Shown: piece after piece, positions 10,230 through 19,668 of the stretch | Layout of the letters: each line of letters begins with the position of its first letter | How positions within the stretch are numbered: the first letter of the stretch is position 1 | Assembly: GCA_934365195.1 (NCBI GenBank) | Contig: CAKRNA010000003.1 | Span: 115,805 to 179,804, forward strand | Source of the DNA: an uncultured Clostridia bacterium | GTDB lineage: Bacteria > Bacillota > Clostridia > Christensenellales > CAAEEZ01 | Direction of reading: 5' to 3' | Length of the DNA: 64,000 bases | Position numbers and translations under genes: made by a program | Notes under the pieces: generated by a model | Databases searched by the model: none | Told to the model about the DNA's origin: nothing | The model's input: the letters and a program-made list of their open reading frames with translations, nothing else

Positions 10230-11111
10230 CTAAATTTTTTCTTTTACTCTTTTCACCTTCATAATTTGCCTTACGAACATCATCGCAACGTAAATTAGCA
10301 CGCCTGCAAACAAGATTATCCAACTTACGTTCCAAATAGGGTGGCAAACGGCAATATCCATAACGATAGAAGTGGTTAGGTAAACCGATAAAGTGATAAA
10401 AGTCGATAGCACAAACGCATCAAAAGCAGAATAAATCCTCTTTCTTGCCCTCATTCTGTACCTTAAATCCACAATATCCACAACTACAAGCCCGATAATA
10501 AAGGTTACCCACGTGATTGCCCACACCGACGACGGTTCGCCGTCCACGACGTAATTAAAGTTACCGCTAAAATATAACGACAGCGACACTATAAGGTAAA
10601 TAATAGTAACCGTGAACATACCCGATAGCCATATCGTAAACCTATTTATTACGTAGGTGCTGTGCGCCCTTGCTTTTAGCACAACTACGAAAATACCCGC
10701 AACAAGAGGCAAGCAAACCGCTGCAATTATTACGTAAGATGCGTTTGCCCAGCCCACCTTAGATACGCCTAACGAGAAGAAGGTGACAAGCGCAAGGCAC
10801 ACGTAAGTAAGCACGCCCCACACCACCGTTTTAGCCACTTCTCTAGACATTTTGGCGTTGGTCATTTTGCCTTTAACTTGCTCTAATTGTTTTACGATTT
10901 CCTTGTCGTAGAATTGATCGATACTGTCACAACAAGTTCTAAAAGCCTCTCTTTCACCCATACCGCCTGACACAAGGTCGTTATACTTGTCCATAATAGT
11001 GCCCAAAACTTCGTCTTTGTAATCCTTTAATTGTTGCGTTCTTGGGCAAAACAAAAATACTTTTGCCACTCTTTTTCTAATTTCGTCAAAAACGTTAAAA
11101 TCCTTTTCCAT
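10230..11111 (-). CDS. polytopic membrane protein of unknown function, PadR-associated
   Basis: 293 aa. A soluble helical N-terminus of about 90 aa is followed by about 6 TM segments. It lies downstream of padR, a common PadR-plus-membrane-partner layout. No recognisable catalytic motif. Confidence 0.6.
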   Translation of the reverse strand: MEKDFNVFDEIRKRVAKVFLFCPRTQQLKDYKDEVLGTIMDKYNDLVSGGMGEREAFRTCCDSIDQFYDKEIVKQLEQVKGKMTNAKMSREVAKTVVWGVLTYVCLALVTFFSLGVSKVGWANASYVIIAAVCLPLVAGIFVVVLKARAHSTYVINRFTIWLSGMFTVTIIYLIVSLSLYFSGNFNYVVDGEPSSVWAITWVTFIIGLVVVDIVDLRYRMRARKRIYSAFDAFVLSTFITLSVYLTTSIVMDIAVCHPIWNVSWIILFAGVLIYVAMMFVRQIMKVKRVKEKI

Positions 11112-11266
11112 ACCTTAATACTCTTTCGTACTCCCCTTTGTACTTTTCTCTCTTAAAATCCTTATTTGCTACATTTTTTGCTATCATTTGGCTTTTGCCT
11201 TTTATTTTCAAAACGGTTTTGCCTTAGATTTATTAGTATTTAACAGTTTTGTAAAAGTTTTTTAGT

Positions 11267-11593
11267 TTAGCCGGATATTAAGTTCGTCAATATTCTAGAT
11301 AATAGTTCCCACTCTTCCTGCTTTTCTTTGTAAAACTTTTTGCCCTTAGAAGTTATCTTATAGTACCTACGCCTAGCACCGCCGAAGCCGTCGCCCCAGT
11401 AAGTTTCTATAAGCCCCTCCTCCTCCATACGCCTAAACGCCGTATAGATGGTTGCGTCTTTAATTTGATAGTTGCCTTCGCTTTTTTCGTTTATCTGTTT
11501 AGTGATATCGTAGCCGTAACTATCGCCCTGCATCAAAATATTCAGTATCATAGTTTCGGTATGACCTCTAAACATATCACTTGATATAGCCAT
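11267..11593 (-). CDS. PadR family transcriptional regulator
   Basis: 108 aa winged-helix protein: TETMILNILMQGDSYGYDITKQINEKSEG...IKDATIYTAFRRMEEEGLIETYW...RRRYYKITSKGKKF. Confidence 0.9.
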   Translation of the reverse strand: MAISSDMFRGHTETMILNILMQGDSYGYDITKQINEKSEGNYQIKDATIYTAFRRMEEEGLIETYWGDGFGGARRRYYKITSKGKKFYKEKQEEWELLSRILTNLISG

Positions 11594-11637
11594 CTCACAC
11601 TCTCTAATTTATTTTTGTATCTAATCTGTTTATATAC

Positions 11638-11666
11638 ATAATATCATAGCATAGTTTTGCTGTCAA
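11638..11666 (-). promoter_or_regulatory. sigma-A-type promoter of padR, with an overlapping imperfect palindrome
   Basis: The minus strand has TTGACA (11666-11661), a 17-nt spacer and TATTAT (11643-11638). The palindrome-like ATGTATATAAACAG (11639-11626) overlaps the -10/TSS and is a possible autoregulatory site. Confidence 0.6.
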
Positions 11667-11781
11667 CAAAATTTAAAAAATTTTTCCGCTTAGTTTTGTT
11701 ATTGTTTTATTTAAAGTTAAGAATTAGATTACTTATATTATATATACGTATTAAACGCATAATTCTTTACTCGACTTAAAT

Positions 11782-11807
11782 AAAAAAGAGTAGGTAATCG
11801 CCTACTC
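11782..11807 (-). terminator. intrinsic terminator after the flavoprotein pair
   Basis: Minus-strand GAGUAGG-CGAUUA-CCUACUC followed by U6AUUU. Confidence 0.7.
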
Positions 11808-11892
11808 TAAACGTTTTCGCTTTTCCGCCTTAAAATACGTTTTAAGTTGAAAAACCTATGTTTTTAAGTAAAAATCTTGGTGTTTAATTAAG

Positions 11893-12429
11893 TTATGCGT
11901 TTTTGCCCATTTCGTAAGCCATGGCCATATACTTACTATCCGTTGCCTCGCCGATGCCTTCAAGCCCAACCGCTCTTATCTCACCTTTTAGGCTCACTCC
12001 GTCGTAGCAATCTATCCAACCTTGGATACCGCCTACGCATTTATCCATCGATTTTAAGTCTGTATCTGCCGAGGCCATAATAGCGTACACGTCGGTAAAC
12101 TTATTTTCCCTGCGATATAACGGGTTTAGCCTATCGATAAAAGTTTTTAACTGTCCGCACATTTCGTAGTAGTAAATAGGCGTTGCAAATACCACCACGT
12201 CGGCGTTTTGCACCACATCCAAAACGTTTGCCACGTCGTCCTTAATTGCGCACACGTTGTGGCTTGCACAGTACATACAGCCTCTGCAAAAGCCGTAATT
12301 CATTTTGCGTAGGTCTATTTTTGTTACGTTGTTATTAGAGTCCTTTGCTCCACGAACAAACTCGCTTGCCAAAATATCCGAATTGCCGTTATTTCTTGGC
12401 GTAGACGAAATTACAACTATGTTTTTCAT
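11893..12429 (-). CDS. iron-sulfur flavoprotein (Isf/NADPH-dependent FMN reductase fold)
   Basis: 178 aa. Flavodoxin-like N-terminus (VVISSTPRNNGNSD) plus a compact Cys cluster, CRGCMYCASHNVC (CX2CX2CX5C). Confidence 0.75.
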   Translation of the reverse strand: MKNIVVISSTPRNNGNSDILASEFVRGAKDSNNNVTKIDLRKMNYGFCRGCMYCASHNVCAIKDDVANVLDVVQNADVVVFATPIYYYEMCGQLKTFIDRLNPLYRRENKFTDVYAIMASADTDLKSMDKCVGGIQGWIDCYDGVSLKGEIRAVGLEGIGEATDSKYMAMAYEMGKNA

Positions 12430-12440
12430 ACCGTTCTCCT

Positions 12441-13064
12441 TTACCTAATAAAATTCGTTCTTGCAGTCGTTTCGGCAGTCGGCTCTTCGATTCCTGCCTC
12501 TTTGCCCGCCTTTATGCACTTCAATATCCAAGCCATATTCCTAGCGATATTACGCATTGTTTGTAAGCCCTCTAAGTCCTGCATAGTTTCCTCAGGGGTG
12601 TTGCCGTGCACCATATTCCAGTAAGTAGACGAGATAACGGGCATTTGTTTTAGGCTAAAATACTTGGAAATCGTGTCCAGCGTTGCCGTTGTTCCGCCAC
12701 GTCTTGCAGACGCAATAACCGTTGCCGGCTTATGCACGAACACACTTCCCGATGCGTAAAAAAGCCTGTCCATAGCGGAAAGTATTCTGCCTGACGGGTG
12801 CGCATAATAAACGGGCGTGCCAAACACAAAGCCGTCCGCCGTTTTGCACTTTTCCAGCCATTCGTTCACCATATCGTCGTTAAACACGCACTTGCCGGTA
12901 CTTCTGCACGAATTACAGCCGATACAATCACGGATAGGATTTGCACCGATTTGCAAAATCTCCGTTTCTATTCCTTCCTCGTTAAGTATTTTTTCCACCT
13001 CTTTTAAAGCGGTAAAAGTACAACCGTTTGCCTTGTTGCTGCCGTTAAATAGTAATACTTTCAT
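12441..13064 (-). CDS. iron-sulfur flavoprotein (Isf/NADPH-dependent FMN reductase fold)
   Basis: 207 aa. LLFNGSNKANGCT flavodoxin-like start, Cys cluster CIGCNSCRSTGKC (CX2CX2CX5C) and FGTPVYYAHPSG. Confidence 0.75.
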   Translation of the reverse strand: MKVLLFNGSNKANGCTFTALKEVEKILNEEGIETEILQIGANPIRDCIGCNSCRSTGKCVFNDDMVNEWLEKCKTADGFVFGTPVYYAHPSGRILSAMDRLFYASGSVFVHKPATVIASARRGGTTATLDTISKYFSLKQMPVISSTYWNMVHGNTPEETMQDLEGLQTMRNIARNMAWILKCIKAGKEAGIEEPTAETTARTNFIR

Positions 13065-13143
13065 TGCAAGACCTCCACGTTTAATTTTTTCTTAGTTTCC
13101 CTATTTTTTACATTAGGAATTATCTTATATTAGTAATCATCTT

Positions 13144-13166
13144 AAAAAAGAGCGATATATTCGCCC
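13144..13166 (-). terminator. intrinsic terminator after valS
   Basis: Minus-strand GGGCGA-AUAUA-UCGCUC (one G.U) followed by U6, 9 nt after the valS stop. Confidence 0.6.
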
Positions 13167-13174
13167 TTTTTACG

Positions 13175-15793
13175 TTATTTACTTAGTTCTTCGATTTTCT
13201 CTTGAAGTTTTACTGCCTTATCCTTGTAATCGGCTAGTTTTTTCTTCTCGTTTTCGATTAGTTGCTCCGGCGCTTTTTGAACGAAACCTTGGTTAGAAAG
13301 CATCTTTTCAGCCCTTGCAATTTCCTTTTTAACGGTGTCTAGTTCTTTACTTAACCTTTCCACCTCTACGCTGATATCAACTAATTCGCCAAGCGGAATT
13401 TGAATTGTTGCCGTTTTGGTGATTATCGAAGACGCTTTGTCGATTTGCTCGTCGGTGAAGTTAATTTCGCTTACTCCGGCAAGTTTTTCGATATATGCGT
13501 TTGCCTTTTCAAATATTGCCTTGTCCTCTTTTCTTACGGTGAAGAACACTTTAATACGCTTAGACGGAGCAACGTTCATTTCTTGGCGGATATTTCTAAT
13601 ACCTTTGATTATCTCCATCACGTTCTCGAACTCGTCAGCGCCCGTTAGGTCAAGCGTAACTTTCTTAGACCACTCGGATACGATTAGCGCCCCTTCCTTT
13701 TGCTCGGTTAGTACTTGGAAAATCTCCTCGGTGATAAACGGTGCGTAAGGGTGAAGTAATTTTAGTATTGCTTTTAGTACGTACACAAGCACGCTAACGG
13801 CGTTACTTCTCTCCTTTTCGTCGTCCTTATATAGCGCAGGTTTTTGAAGTTCAATGTACCAGTCACAGAAGTCGCTCCACGTAAAGTCGTTGATTTTGGC
13901 AAGCGCCATACCTACGTCGTACTTATCTAGTAGTTCGCTGCACTCCTCAACCACGTGATTTAGCCTGTTAAGTATCCACTTATCGGCAAGCGTTAGTTCC
14001 ACTTCGTCAAGCGGTTTTACGGTGGCATTTTCCTTGTTCATCATAACGAAACGTGATGCGTTCCAAACTTTGTTTAAGAAGTTTCTGCAACTTTCCACCT
14101 TTTTAGGAATATATCTCGTATCGCCACCCGGAGAAATACCTGTTGCAAGGCTTAACCTTAGTGCGTCTGCGCCGTACTCCTCGATAACTTTTAGCGGATC
14201 AACGCCGTTACCTAGGCTCTTGCTCATTTTTCTGCCTTGCTCGTCACGAACGATACCGTGGATAAGCACCTCTTTAAACGGAACTTCGCCGGTGTGCTCT
14301 ATTGCGCTGAATATCATTCTTGCTACCCAGAAGAAAATAATGTCGTAAGCGGTAACAAGCACGTTGGTTGGGTAGAAATATTCTAGTTCCTTGGTCTTTT
14401 CAGGATAACCTAGGGTTGAGAACGGCCACAATGCAGAACTGAACCAAGTATCAAGTACGTCCTCGTCCTGTTTTATGTTTTTGCTGCCACACTTGGTGCA
14501 AGCGGTTATCTCGTCCTCGCTTACCATCATCTCGCCACAATCTTGGCAATAGTAAACCGGTATTCTGTGTCCCCACCATAGTTGACGGGAAATACACCAG
14601 TCCTTAATATTCTCCATCCAGTTGAAGTAGATTTTGTCGAACCTTTCAGGCACGAATTTTACCTCGCCGTCTTTTACTACTTTAATAGCAGGCTCTGCAA
14701 GTGGTTGCATTTTTACGAACCATTGCTTAGACAAAGCAGGCTCAACAGCCGTATGACACCTATAACAAGTGCCTACGTTGTGGGTGTAAGGCTCGATTTT
14801 TACTAGGCTTCCTAATGCGTCAAGGTCCTTAACCACAGCCTCTCTTGCCTCGAACCTGTCCATACCCTCGTACTTACCGGATAATGCGTTCATTTTACCG
14901 TCGTCGCCGATTACCTTAATGGTTTCTAGGTTGTGCCTTTGACCTACAAGATAGTCGTTAGGATCGTGTGCAGGGGTGATTTTAACAGCGCCCGTTCCAA
15001 ACCCCTCTTCTACGTAATCGTCCGCAATTAGAGGTATCCTTCTGTTATTTAACGGTAAAATAAGCATTTTACCGACTAAGTCTTTGTATTTTTCGTCATT
15101 AGGGTTTACGGCAACAGCGGTATCACCGGGGATAGTTTCAGGCCTTGTGGTAGCAACCGTTACGTAGCCTGAGCCGTCCTCAAACGGATACCTAAAATAC
15201 CACAAATTAGAGGCTTGCTCCTCGTATTCAACCTCTGCGTCGCTAAGCGCCGTTCCGCAGCAAGGACACCAGTTGATAATCCTGTTTCCTTGGTAGATTA
15301 GCCCTTTTTCGTACAGTTTTACAAACACGTGTTTTACAGCCCTAGAACATCTTTCGTCCATAGTAAAAGCCTCTTTCGACCAGTCGCACGAAGTACCTAG
15401 GCTGCGTAATTGCGTGGTGATTCTTCCGCCGTATTGCTCCTTCCATTCAAAAGCCTTTTTCAAGAACTCTTCCCTGCCGATTCCTTCCTTGGTTAGCCCC
15501 TCTTTTTCAAGTTGCTCCACGATTTTAACTTCGGTAGCGATAGATGCGTGGTCTACGCCGGGTAGCCACAAAGTTTCAAAGCCGCTCATACGTTTGTAGC
15601 GAATAAGAATGTCTTGAACGGTATCGTCAAGAGCGTGCCCCATATGTAGTTGTCCAGTAATATTTGGTGGAGGCATCATAATAGTAAACGGTTTCTTTTT
15701 GTCGTTTACGTGAGCCTCAAAATAATGATTTTCCGTCCAAAATTTGTAAATATCCTTTTCAAACTCCGGAGAATAGGTCTTTGCCATTTCCAT
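13175..15793 (-). CDS. valS: valine--tRNA ligase
   Basis: 872 aa. Class I HIGH (PNITGQLHMGHAL) and KMSKS motifs, a CP1 editing domain and a C-terminal coiled coil. Confidence 0.97.
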   Translation of the reverse strand: MEMAKTYSPEFEKDIYKFWTENHYFEAHVNDKKKPFTIMMPPPNITGQLHMGHALDDTVQDILIRYKRMSGFETLWLPGVDHASIATEVKIVEQLEKEGLTKEGIGREEFLKKAFEWKEQYGGRITTQLRSLGTSCDWSKEAFTMDERCSRAVKHVFVKLYEKGLIYQGNRIINWCPCCGTALSDAEVEYEEQASNLWYFRYPFEDGSGYVTVATTRPETIPGDTAVAVNPNDEKYKDLVGKMLILPLNNRRIPLIADDYVEEGFGTGAVKITPAHDPNDYLVGQRHNLETIKVIGDDGKMNALSGKYEGMDRFEAREAVVKDLDALGSLVKIEPYTHNVGTCYRCHTAVEPALSKQWFVKMQPLAEPAIKVVKDGEVKFVPERFDKIYFNWMENIKDWCISRQLWWGHRIPVYYCQDCGEMMVSEDEITACTKCGSKNIKQDEDVLDTWFSSALWPFSTLGYPEKTKELEYFYPTNVLVTAYDIIFFWVARMIFSAIEHTGEVPFKEVLIHGIVRDEQGRKMSKSLGNGVDPLKVIEEYGADALRLSLATGISPGGDTRYIPKKVESCRNFLNKVWNASRFVMMNKENATVKPLDEVELTLADKWILNRLNHVVEECSELLDKYDVGMALAKINDFTWSDFCDWYIELQKPALYKDDEKERSNAVSVLVYVLKAILKLLHPYAPFITEEIFQVLTEQKEGALIVSEWSKKVTLDLTGADEFENVMEIIKGIRNIRQEMNVAPSKRIKVFFTVRKEDKAIFEKANAYIEKLAGVSEINFTDEQIDKASSIITKTATIQIPLGELVDISVEVERLSKELDTVKKEIARAEKMLSNQGFVQKAPEQLIENEKKKLADYKDKAVKLQEKIEELSK

Positions 15794-15818
15794 AAAATAT
15801 ATACCTCTAAAAAAATTT

Positions 15819-16046
15819 TTATAATATTGCTAACACGCAAGCCGTAAGCATAATCACAAACGCTGCAATCTTAAAGCCTAAGTCCTGCTGTGGTGTAAAC
15901 TTATCGCCCTTCTTTTTCATCGCCACTCGCCCCATGTATAACACGAAAAGCGAGACGAAAATAAGGCAAAAGCCGACTACGTGCCACCATACCTGAAACC
16001 ACGAGCCAGCATTACTTGTTACGCTTAAAAATACGATATTATGCAA
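15819..16046 (-). CDS. small (75 aa) two/three-TM membrane protein, unknown function
   Basis: The ORF overlaps the pgsA stop by 8 nt and ends 25 nt before valS. It is hydrophobic with a central KKKGDK loop. Coding status is inferred from its position only. Confidence 0.45.
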   Translation of the reverse strand: MHNIVFLSVTSNAGSWFQVWWHVVGFCLIFVSLFVLYMGRVAMKKKGDKFTPQQDLGFKIAAFVIMLTACVLAIL

Positions 16047-16611
16047 CTTCTTTCTTTCCTGCCTTTAGTTTTCTTAGTTCCACTACCCAAATTAAAACGT
16101 ACTGAACGAAAGCAACATAAGCAAGCATAGTCGCTGCCACCATCAAAATATGGTCGGCTTGCATAACGTACGGGTGGAAGAACGAAAGTATTACGCCCAC
16201 GCTAATAAGAGCGGAAGGCACTTTGCCGTAGAAGTTTGCAGGGATAATAACGCCCTTGTTCTTAAATAAAGTGGTGCAAATAATCATAATCAATTCCTTT
16301 GCAACGATAAGACCTGCAATTATCGGGCTAAGATAACCTATCAAGGCTAACGAATAAAGCGCAGTAATGTGCATAACTTTATCGGCAAGCGGATCGGCAA
16401 CAGCGCCTATCGCCGTGCACATATTAAACTTTCTTGCAATCATACCGTCGAATAGGTCGGTAATAGAGGCAACAGCAAATACGCCAAGCCCCCAATAAAT
16501 ATATTGCCCGCCGTTGTACACCATTAGCGCTGCAAAAATCGGCGTACTCACCAATCTTAACAGCACCAGTAAGTTAGGCACGTTTGTTAAGTCTTTTAAG
16601 TCGAATTTCAT
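16039..16611 (-). CDS. pgsA: CDP-diacylglycerol--glycerol-3-phosphate 3-phosphatidyltransferase (CDP-alcohol phosphatidyltransferase family)
   Basis: 190 aa. It carries the signature DGMIARKFNMCTAIGAVADPLADK, matching DGx2ARx8Gx3Dx3D. Confidence 0.85.
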   Translation of the reverse strand: MKFDLKDLTNVPNLLVLLRLVSTPIFAALMVYNGGQYIYWGLGVFAVASITDLFDGMIARKFNMCTAIGAVADPLADKVMHITALYSLALIGYLSPIIAGLIVAKELIMIICTTLFKNKGVIIPANFYGKVPSALISVGVILSFFHPYVMQADHILMVAATMLAYVAFVQYVLIWVVELRKLKAGKKEVA

Positions 16612-16910
16612 ATTTCCCTCTAATAAATTACTCGTCTACTTTAATTTATCCGTTATTTTCGCAAATAAAAACATATATATGCTTATATTACGCTACAATA
16701 AAAACTTATTTATGATTATAGCACAAGTCCTTAGTTTTGTAAACAAAATACTCTTAACCCGACCTCGTTTTAAACGAATACTTGCCCTCATTTTACTTTT
16801 TTTACTTATCGTATCACACCTTACCCGTTTTTTTAATTATTTTCCCAAAGCGTACACACCAAGGCGGTGAAAATTAATAGTATGTAGTAACAAGTTAAAA
16901 GGAGAAATGT

Positions 16911-17897
16911 ATGAAAAAATTTTTTATTGCAATGCTGACCGTTTGTTTCTTGATTTTGCCGCTATCTGCCTGCAACAAAAAGCCTGATAGCAACGTGATA
17001 CGGCTGAACGAAGTGACGCATTCGGTATTTTACGCACCGCTATACGTGGCTATCGAAAACGGCTACTTTGAGGAGCAAGGCTTAAAGGTGGAACTATCCG
17101 CAGGGCAAGGCGCAAACAACACGATGTCGGCGCTAATTTCGGGGCAAGCGGATATCGGTCTTATGGGCGTGGAGGCGTCTATTTACGTAGCAAACGAAGG
17201 ACGCACCAACTACCCTATCGTATTTGGTCAGTTAACCAACTGCGACGGCTCGTTTATAATGAGCAGGCATAAGGAAGAGAACTTTACTCTTGAAAATATG
17301 ATAGGCAAGGAAATTCTTGGCGGTAGAAAAGGCGGCGTACCTGCTATGAGCCTAGAACACGCACTAAGAAAAGCGGACGTTTTTGACAAAGTGCGCTTTA
17401 ACGACACCATTCAATTCGACGTGATGGTGGGCGCTTTCGTAGGAGGAACGGGTGACTACTGTACGGTATTCGAGCCTACCGCAAGTATGCTGGAAAAAGA
17501 GGGCTCAGCCTACGTAGTAGGGGCTGTCGGCGAGTACTCAGGCAATATGCCGTTTACCGCTTTTACCTCTAACAAAAACTACCTACAAAACAACTCTGCA
17601 AAGGTGGAGAAATTTATGAAAGCCATTGTAAAAGCCATAAACTTCGTAATGGATAACGACGAAAACGTGGTGGCAAACGCCGTTAAAAACCAGTTTGCAA
17701 CCACCGACCTAAACGTTCTTGCCTCCTCTATTAAAAGGTACAAGGAAATAGGTGCGTACAGGCAAACTCCTGTAATGGATAAAGCGGACTTCGAGCACCT
17801 GCAAGATATCATTATCGAGGCAGGCATTATGGAAAAACGTGCAGATTTTAGCAAAATCGTGGATAACTCTATTGCGGAAAAAGTAATGGCAAAATAG
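16911..17897 (+). CDS. ABC transporter substrate-binding lipoprotein, NMT1/THI5-like (NitT/TauT family)
   Basis: 328 aa. Lipobox LPLSAC, strong SD (aaaGGAGaaatgtATG) and an SsuA/NMT1-like periplasmic binding fold sequence. Confidence 0.8.
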   Translation: MKKFFIAMLTVCFLILPLSACNKKPDSNVIRLNEVTHSVFYAPLYVAIENGYFEEQGLKVELSAGQGANNTMSALISGQADIGLMGVEASIYVANEGRTNYPIVFGQLTNCDGSFIMSRHKEENFTLENMIGKEILGGRKGGVPAMSLEHALRKADVFDKVRFNDTIQFDVMVGAFVGGTGDYCTVFEPTASMLEKEGSAYVVGAVGEYSGNMPFTAFTSNKNYLQNNSAKVEKFMKAIVKAINFVMDNDENVVANAVKNQFATTDLNVLASSIKRYKEIGAYRQTPVMDKADFEHLQDIIIEAGIMEKRADFSKIVDNSIAEKVMAK

Positions 17898-17906
17898 GAG
17901 GTAACT

Positions 17907-18665
17907 ATGTCCAAAATACTCACCTTTAACAACGTGAATTTTTCGTATTTTAACAAATCGGGTGAAACAAAAGCGGTGGGAAACCTAAATTTTAGCGTGG
18001 AAAGTGGAGAATTTTTGGGCATAGTAGGACCTAGCGGCTGCGGTAAAACCACTATTCTAAGCCTAATTGCAGGGCTGATTACTCCATCTAGCGGCGAGAT
18101 TTTATTAGAGGGCGAAAAAATAACTAAGCCCTCTAATAAAATCGGTTATATGCTGCAAAAAGACGAACTTTTTGAATGGAGAAAGGTGCTGTCCAACGTT
18201 TTAATCGGCGCAGAGATAAACAAAACGAAGGACAAAAACAGCGAGGAAAAAGCACGCCGAATCCTAAATAAATACGGGCTAAAAAACTTTGAAAACACCT
18301 ACCCTAGCGAACTATCGGGAGGTATGAGGCAACGTGTGGCGCTGATTAGAACTTTGCTTTTAAACCCCAGCATTTTGCTTCTTGACGAGCCGTTTTCAGC
18401 CCTTGACTTTCAAACACGTCTATCCGTATGCAACGACGTAAGTAACATAATAAAAACCGAAAACAAAACGGCTATTTTCGTTACTCACGATATATCGGAG
18501 GCAATATCTATGTGTGATAGAATTATAGTTTTAACCACTCGTCCTACTACGGTGAAAAAAATTTTTACAATAGATTTTGACGTGTCGCTTACACCTCTTA
18601 TGCGCCGAAACGAACCAAAATTTTCGGAGTATTTTAACCTGATATGGCAAGAAATACAAAACTAA
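17907..18665 (+). CDS. ABC transporter ATP-binding protein (NitT/TauT family)
   Basis: 252 aa. Walker A GPSGCGKTT, signature LSGGMRQRV, Walker B LLLDEPFSALD. Confidence 0.92.
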   Translation: MSKILTFNNVNFSYFNKSGETKAVGNLNFSVESGEFLGIVGPSGCGKTTILSLIAGLITPSSGEILLEGEKITKPSNKIGYMLQKDELFEWRKVLSNVLIGAEINKTKDKNSEEKARRILNKYGLKNFENTYPSELSGGMRQRVALIRTLLLNPSILLLDEPFSALDFQTRLSVCNDVSNIIKTENKTAIFVTHDISEAISMCDRIIVLTTRPTTVKKIFTIDFDVSLTPLMRRNEPKFSEYFNLIWQEIQN

Positions 18666-19462
18666 ACCGCAGCCTTGAATATCAACGATTTTTAAATAAA
18701 GAAAAGCGAAACGCCGTGCTAGTTCATTTTTTGAGGTGTATTGTGCTGGTGCTGTTTTTCGCCTTGTGGGAAGTGCTTGCAAAAAACGACGTAATCGACG
18801 GTTTTATCGTAAGTTACCCCTCTAAAATATGGAAAACTTTTCTTAGTTTAGCAGGCTCAGGTAGTCTTACAAGGCACGTAAAAATCACATTGCTCGAAAC
18901 GATATTCAGTTTTTTGCTATCCACTTTAATAGGACTTTTTACCGCAATTTGTCTGTGGTCTAGCACTATTTTACGAAGGGTAAGCGAGCCGTATATAGTA
19001 GTACTGAACGCACTACCGAAAGTGGCGCTCGGACCTATTATCATACTGATTGTAGGGGCAGGTTACAACGCAATTATCACAATGTCGGTGCTAATTACCG
19101 TTGTAATCACCACCATAGATATGCTATCGGGATTTATGAGCGTGGACAAAAACAAAATACTGCTTTTAAAAAGTATGAACGCAAACAAATTCCAGATACT
19201 GACAAAACTTATTCTCCCCGCAAACCGCTACGTTTTCGTATCGGTAATGAAGATAAACGTGGGGCTAAGTTGGGTGGGAACTATTATGGGCGAATACCTT
19301 GTAAGTAAAGCGGGGCTTGGATATCTGCTTGTGTACGGTAGCCAAGTATTCCAACTAGACCTAGTTATGTGCTCCACCGTGCTTTTGTGCTTGCTTGCAG
19401 GCGGAATGTACACCGTTGTGTACCTTGTGGAAAAACGGCTACTGAAAAGCAAGCGAATTTAA
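18644..19462 (+). CDS. ABC transporter permease (NitT/TauT family)
   Basis: 272 aa, about 6 TM, BPD-type inner-membrane component. It overlaps the ATPase gene by 22 nt, so the exact start is uncertain. Confidence 0.8.
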   Translation: MARNTKLNRSLEYQRFLNKEKRNAVLVHFLRCIVLVLFFALWEVLAKNDVIDGFIVSYPSKIWKTFLSLAGSGSLTRHVKITLLETIFSFLLSTLIGLFTAICLWSSTILRRVSEPYIVVLNALPKVALGPIIILIVGAGYNAIITMSVLITVVITTIDMLSGFMSVDKNKILLLKSMNANKFQILTKLILPANRYVFVSVMKINVGLSWVGTIMGEYLVSKAGLGYLLVYGSQVFQLDLVMCSTVLLCLLAGGMYTVVYLVEKRLLKSKRI

Positions 19463-19470
19463 TCACCCGT

Positions 19471-19498
19471 AAAAAAAGCGTAGTTTCTACGCTTTTTT
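19471..19498 (+). terminator. intrinsic terminator after the ABC operon
   Basis: A7-GCGUAG-UUU-CUACGC-U6, 9 nt after the permease stop. Confidence 0.8.
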
Positions 19499-19604
19499 AC
19501 TTTTTTCACCTTGTAATTCCTTAATTTTTAATTATTTTTTCGCAATTTGCCTCGTTTTTTTTCTTAACAAAAACGCAATTTCGTTGGATATATTGTTATT
19601 TTGG

Positions 19605-19633
19605 TTGGAAACAATAATAATATATGCTATAAT
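19605..19633 (+). promoter_or_regulatory. sigma-A-type promoter of the GH3 gene
   Basis: TTGGAA (19605-19610), a 17-nt spacer, and an extended -10 TGCTATAAT (19625-19633). Confidence 0.6.
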
Positions 19634-19668
19634 ATTAGAATATAAGAGAGTAAACGTGGAGGACTTAT

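Noticed and set aside
15794-15818. Expected T-box leader upstream of valS.
   Set aside because: Only 25 nt of spacer are available. No T-box or specifier elements appear here or upstream of pgsA. I report this as an absence, not a feature.
16514-16870. 118-aa plus-strand ORF spanning the pgsA start and the pgsA/ABC divergent spacer.
   Set aside because: It overlaps the pgsA 5' end antisense and then runs through AT-rich promoter DNA. It has no SD and a low-complexity translation.
16612-16910. TPP riboswitch upstream of the NMT1/THI5-like ABC transporter.
   Set aside because: No CUGAGA or ACCUGAUCUGGAUAAUGCCAGCG-like blocks are present on either strand.
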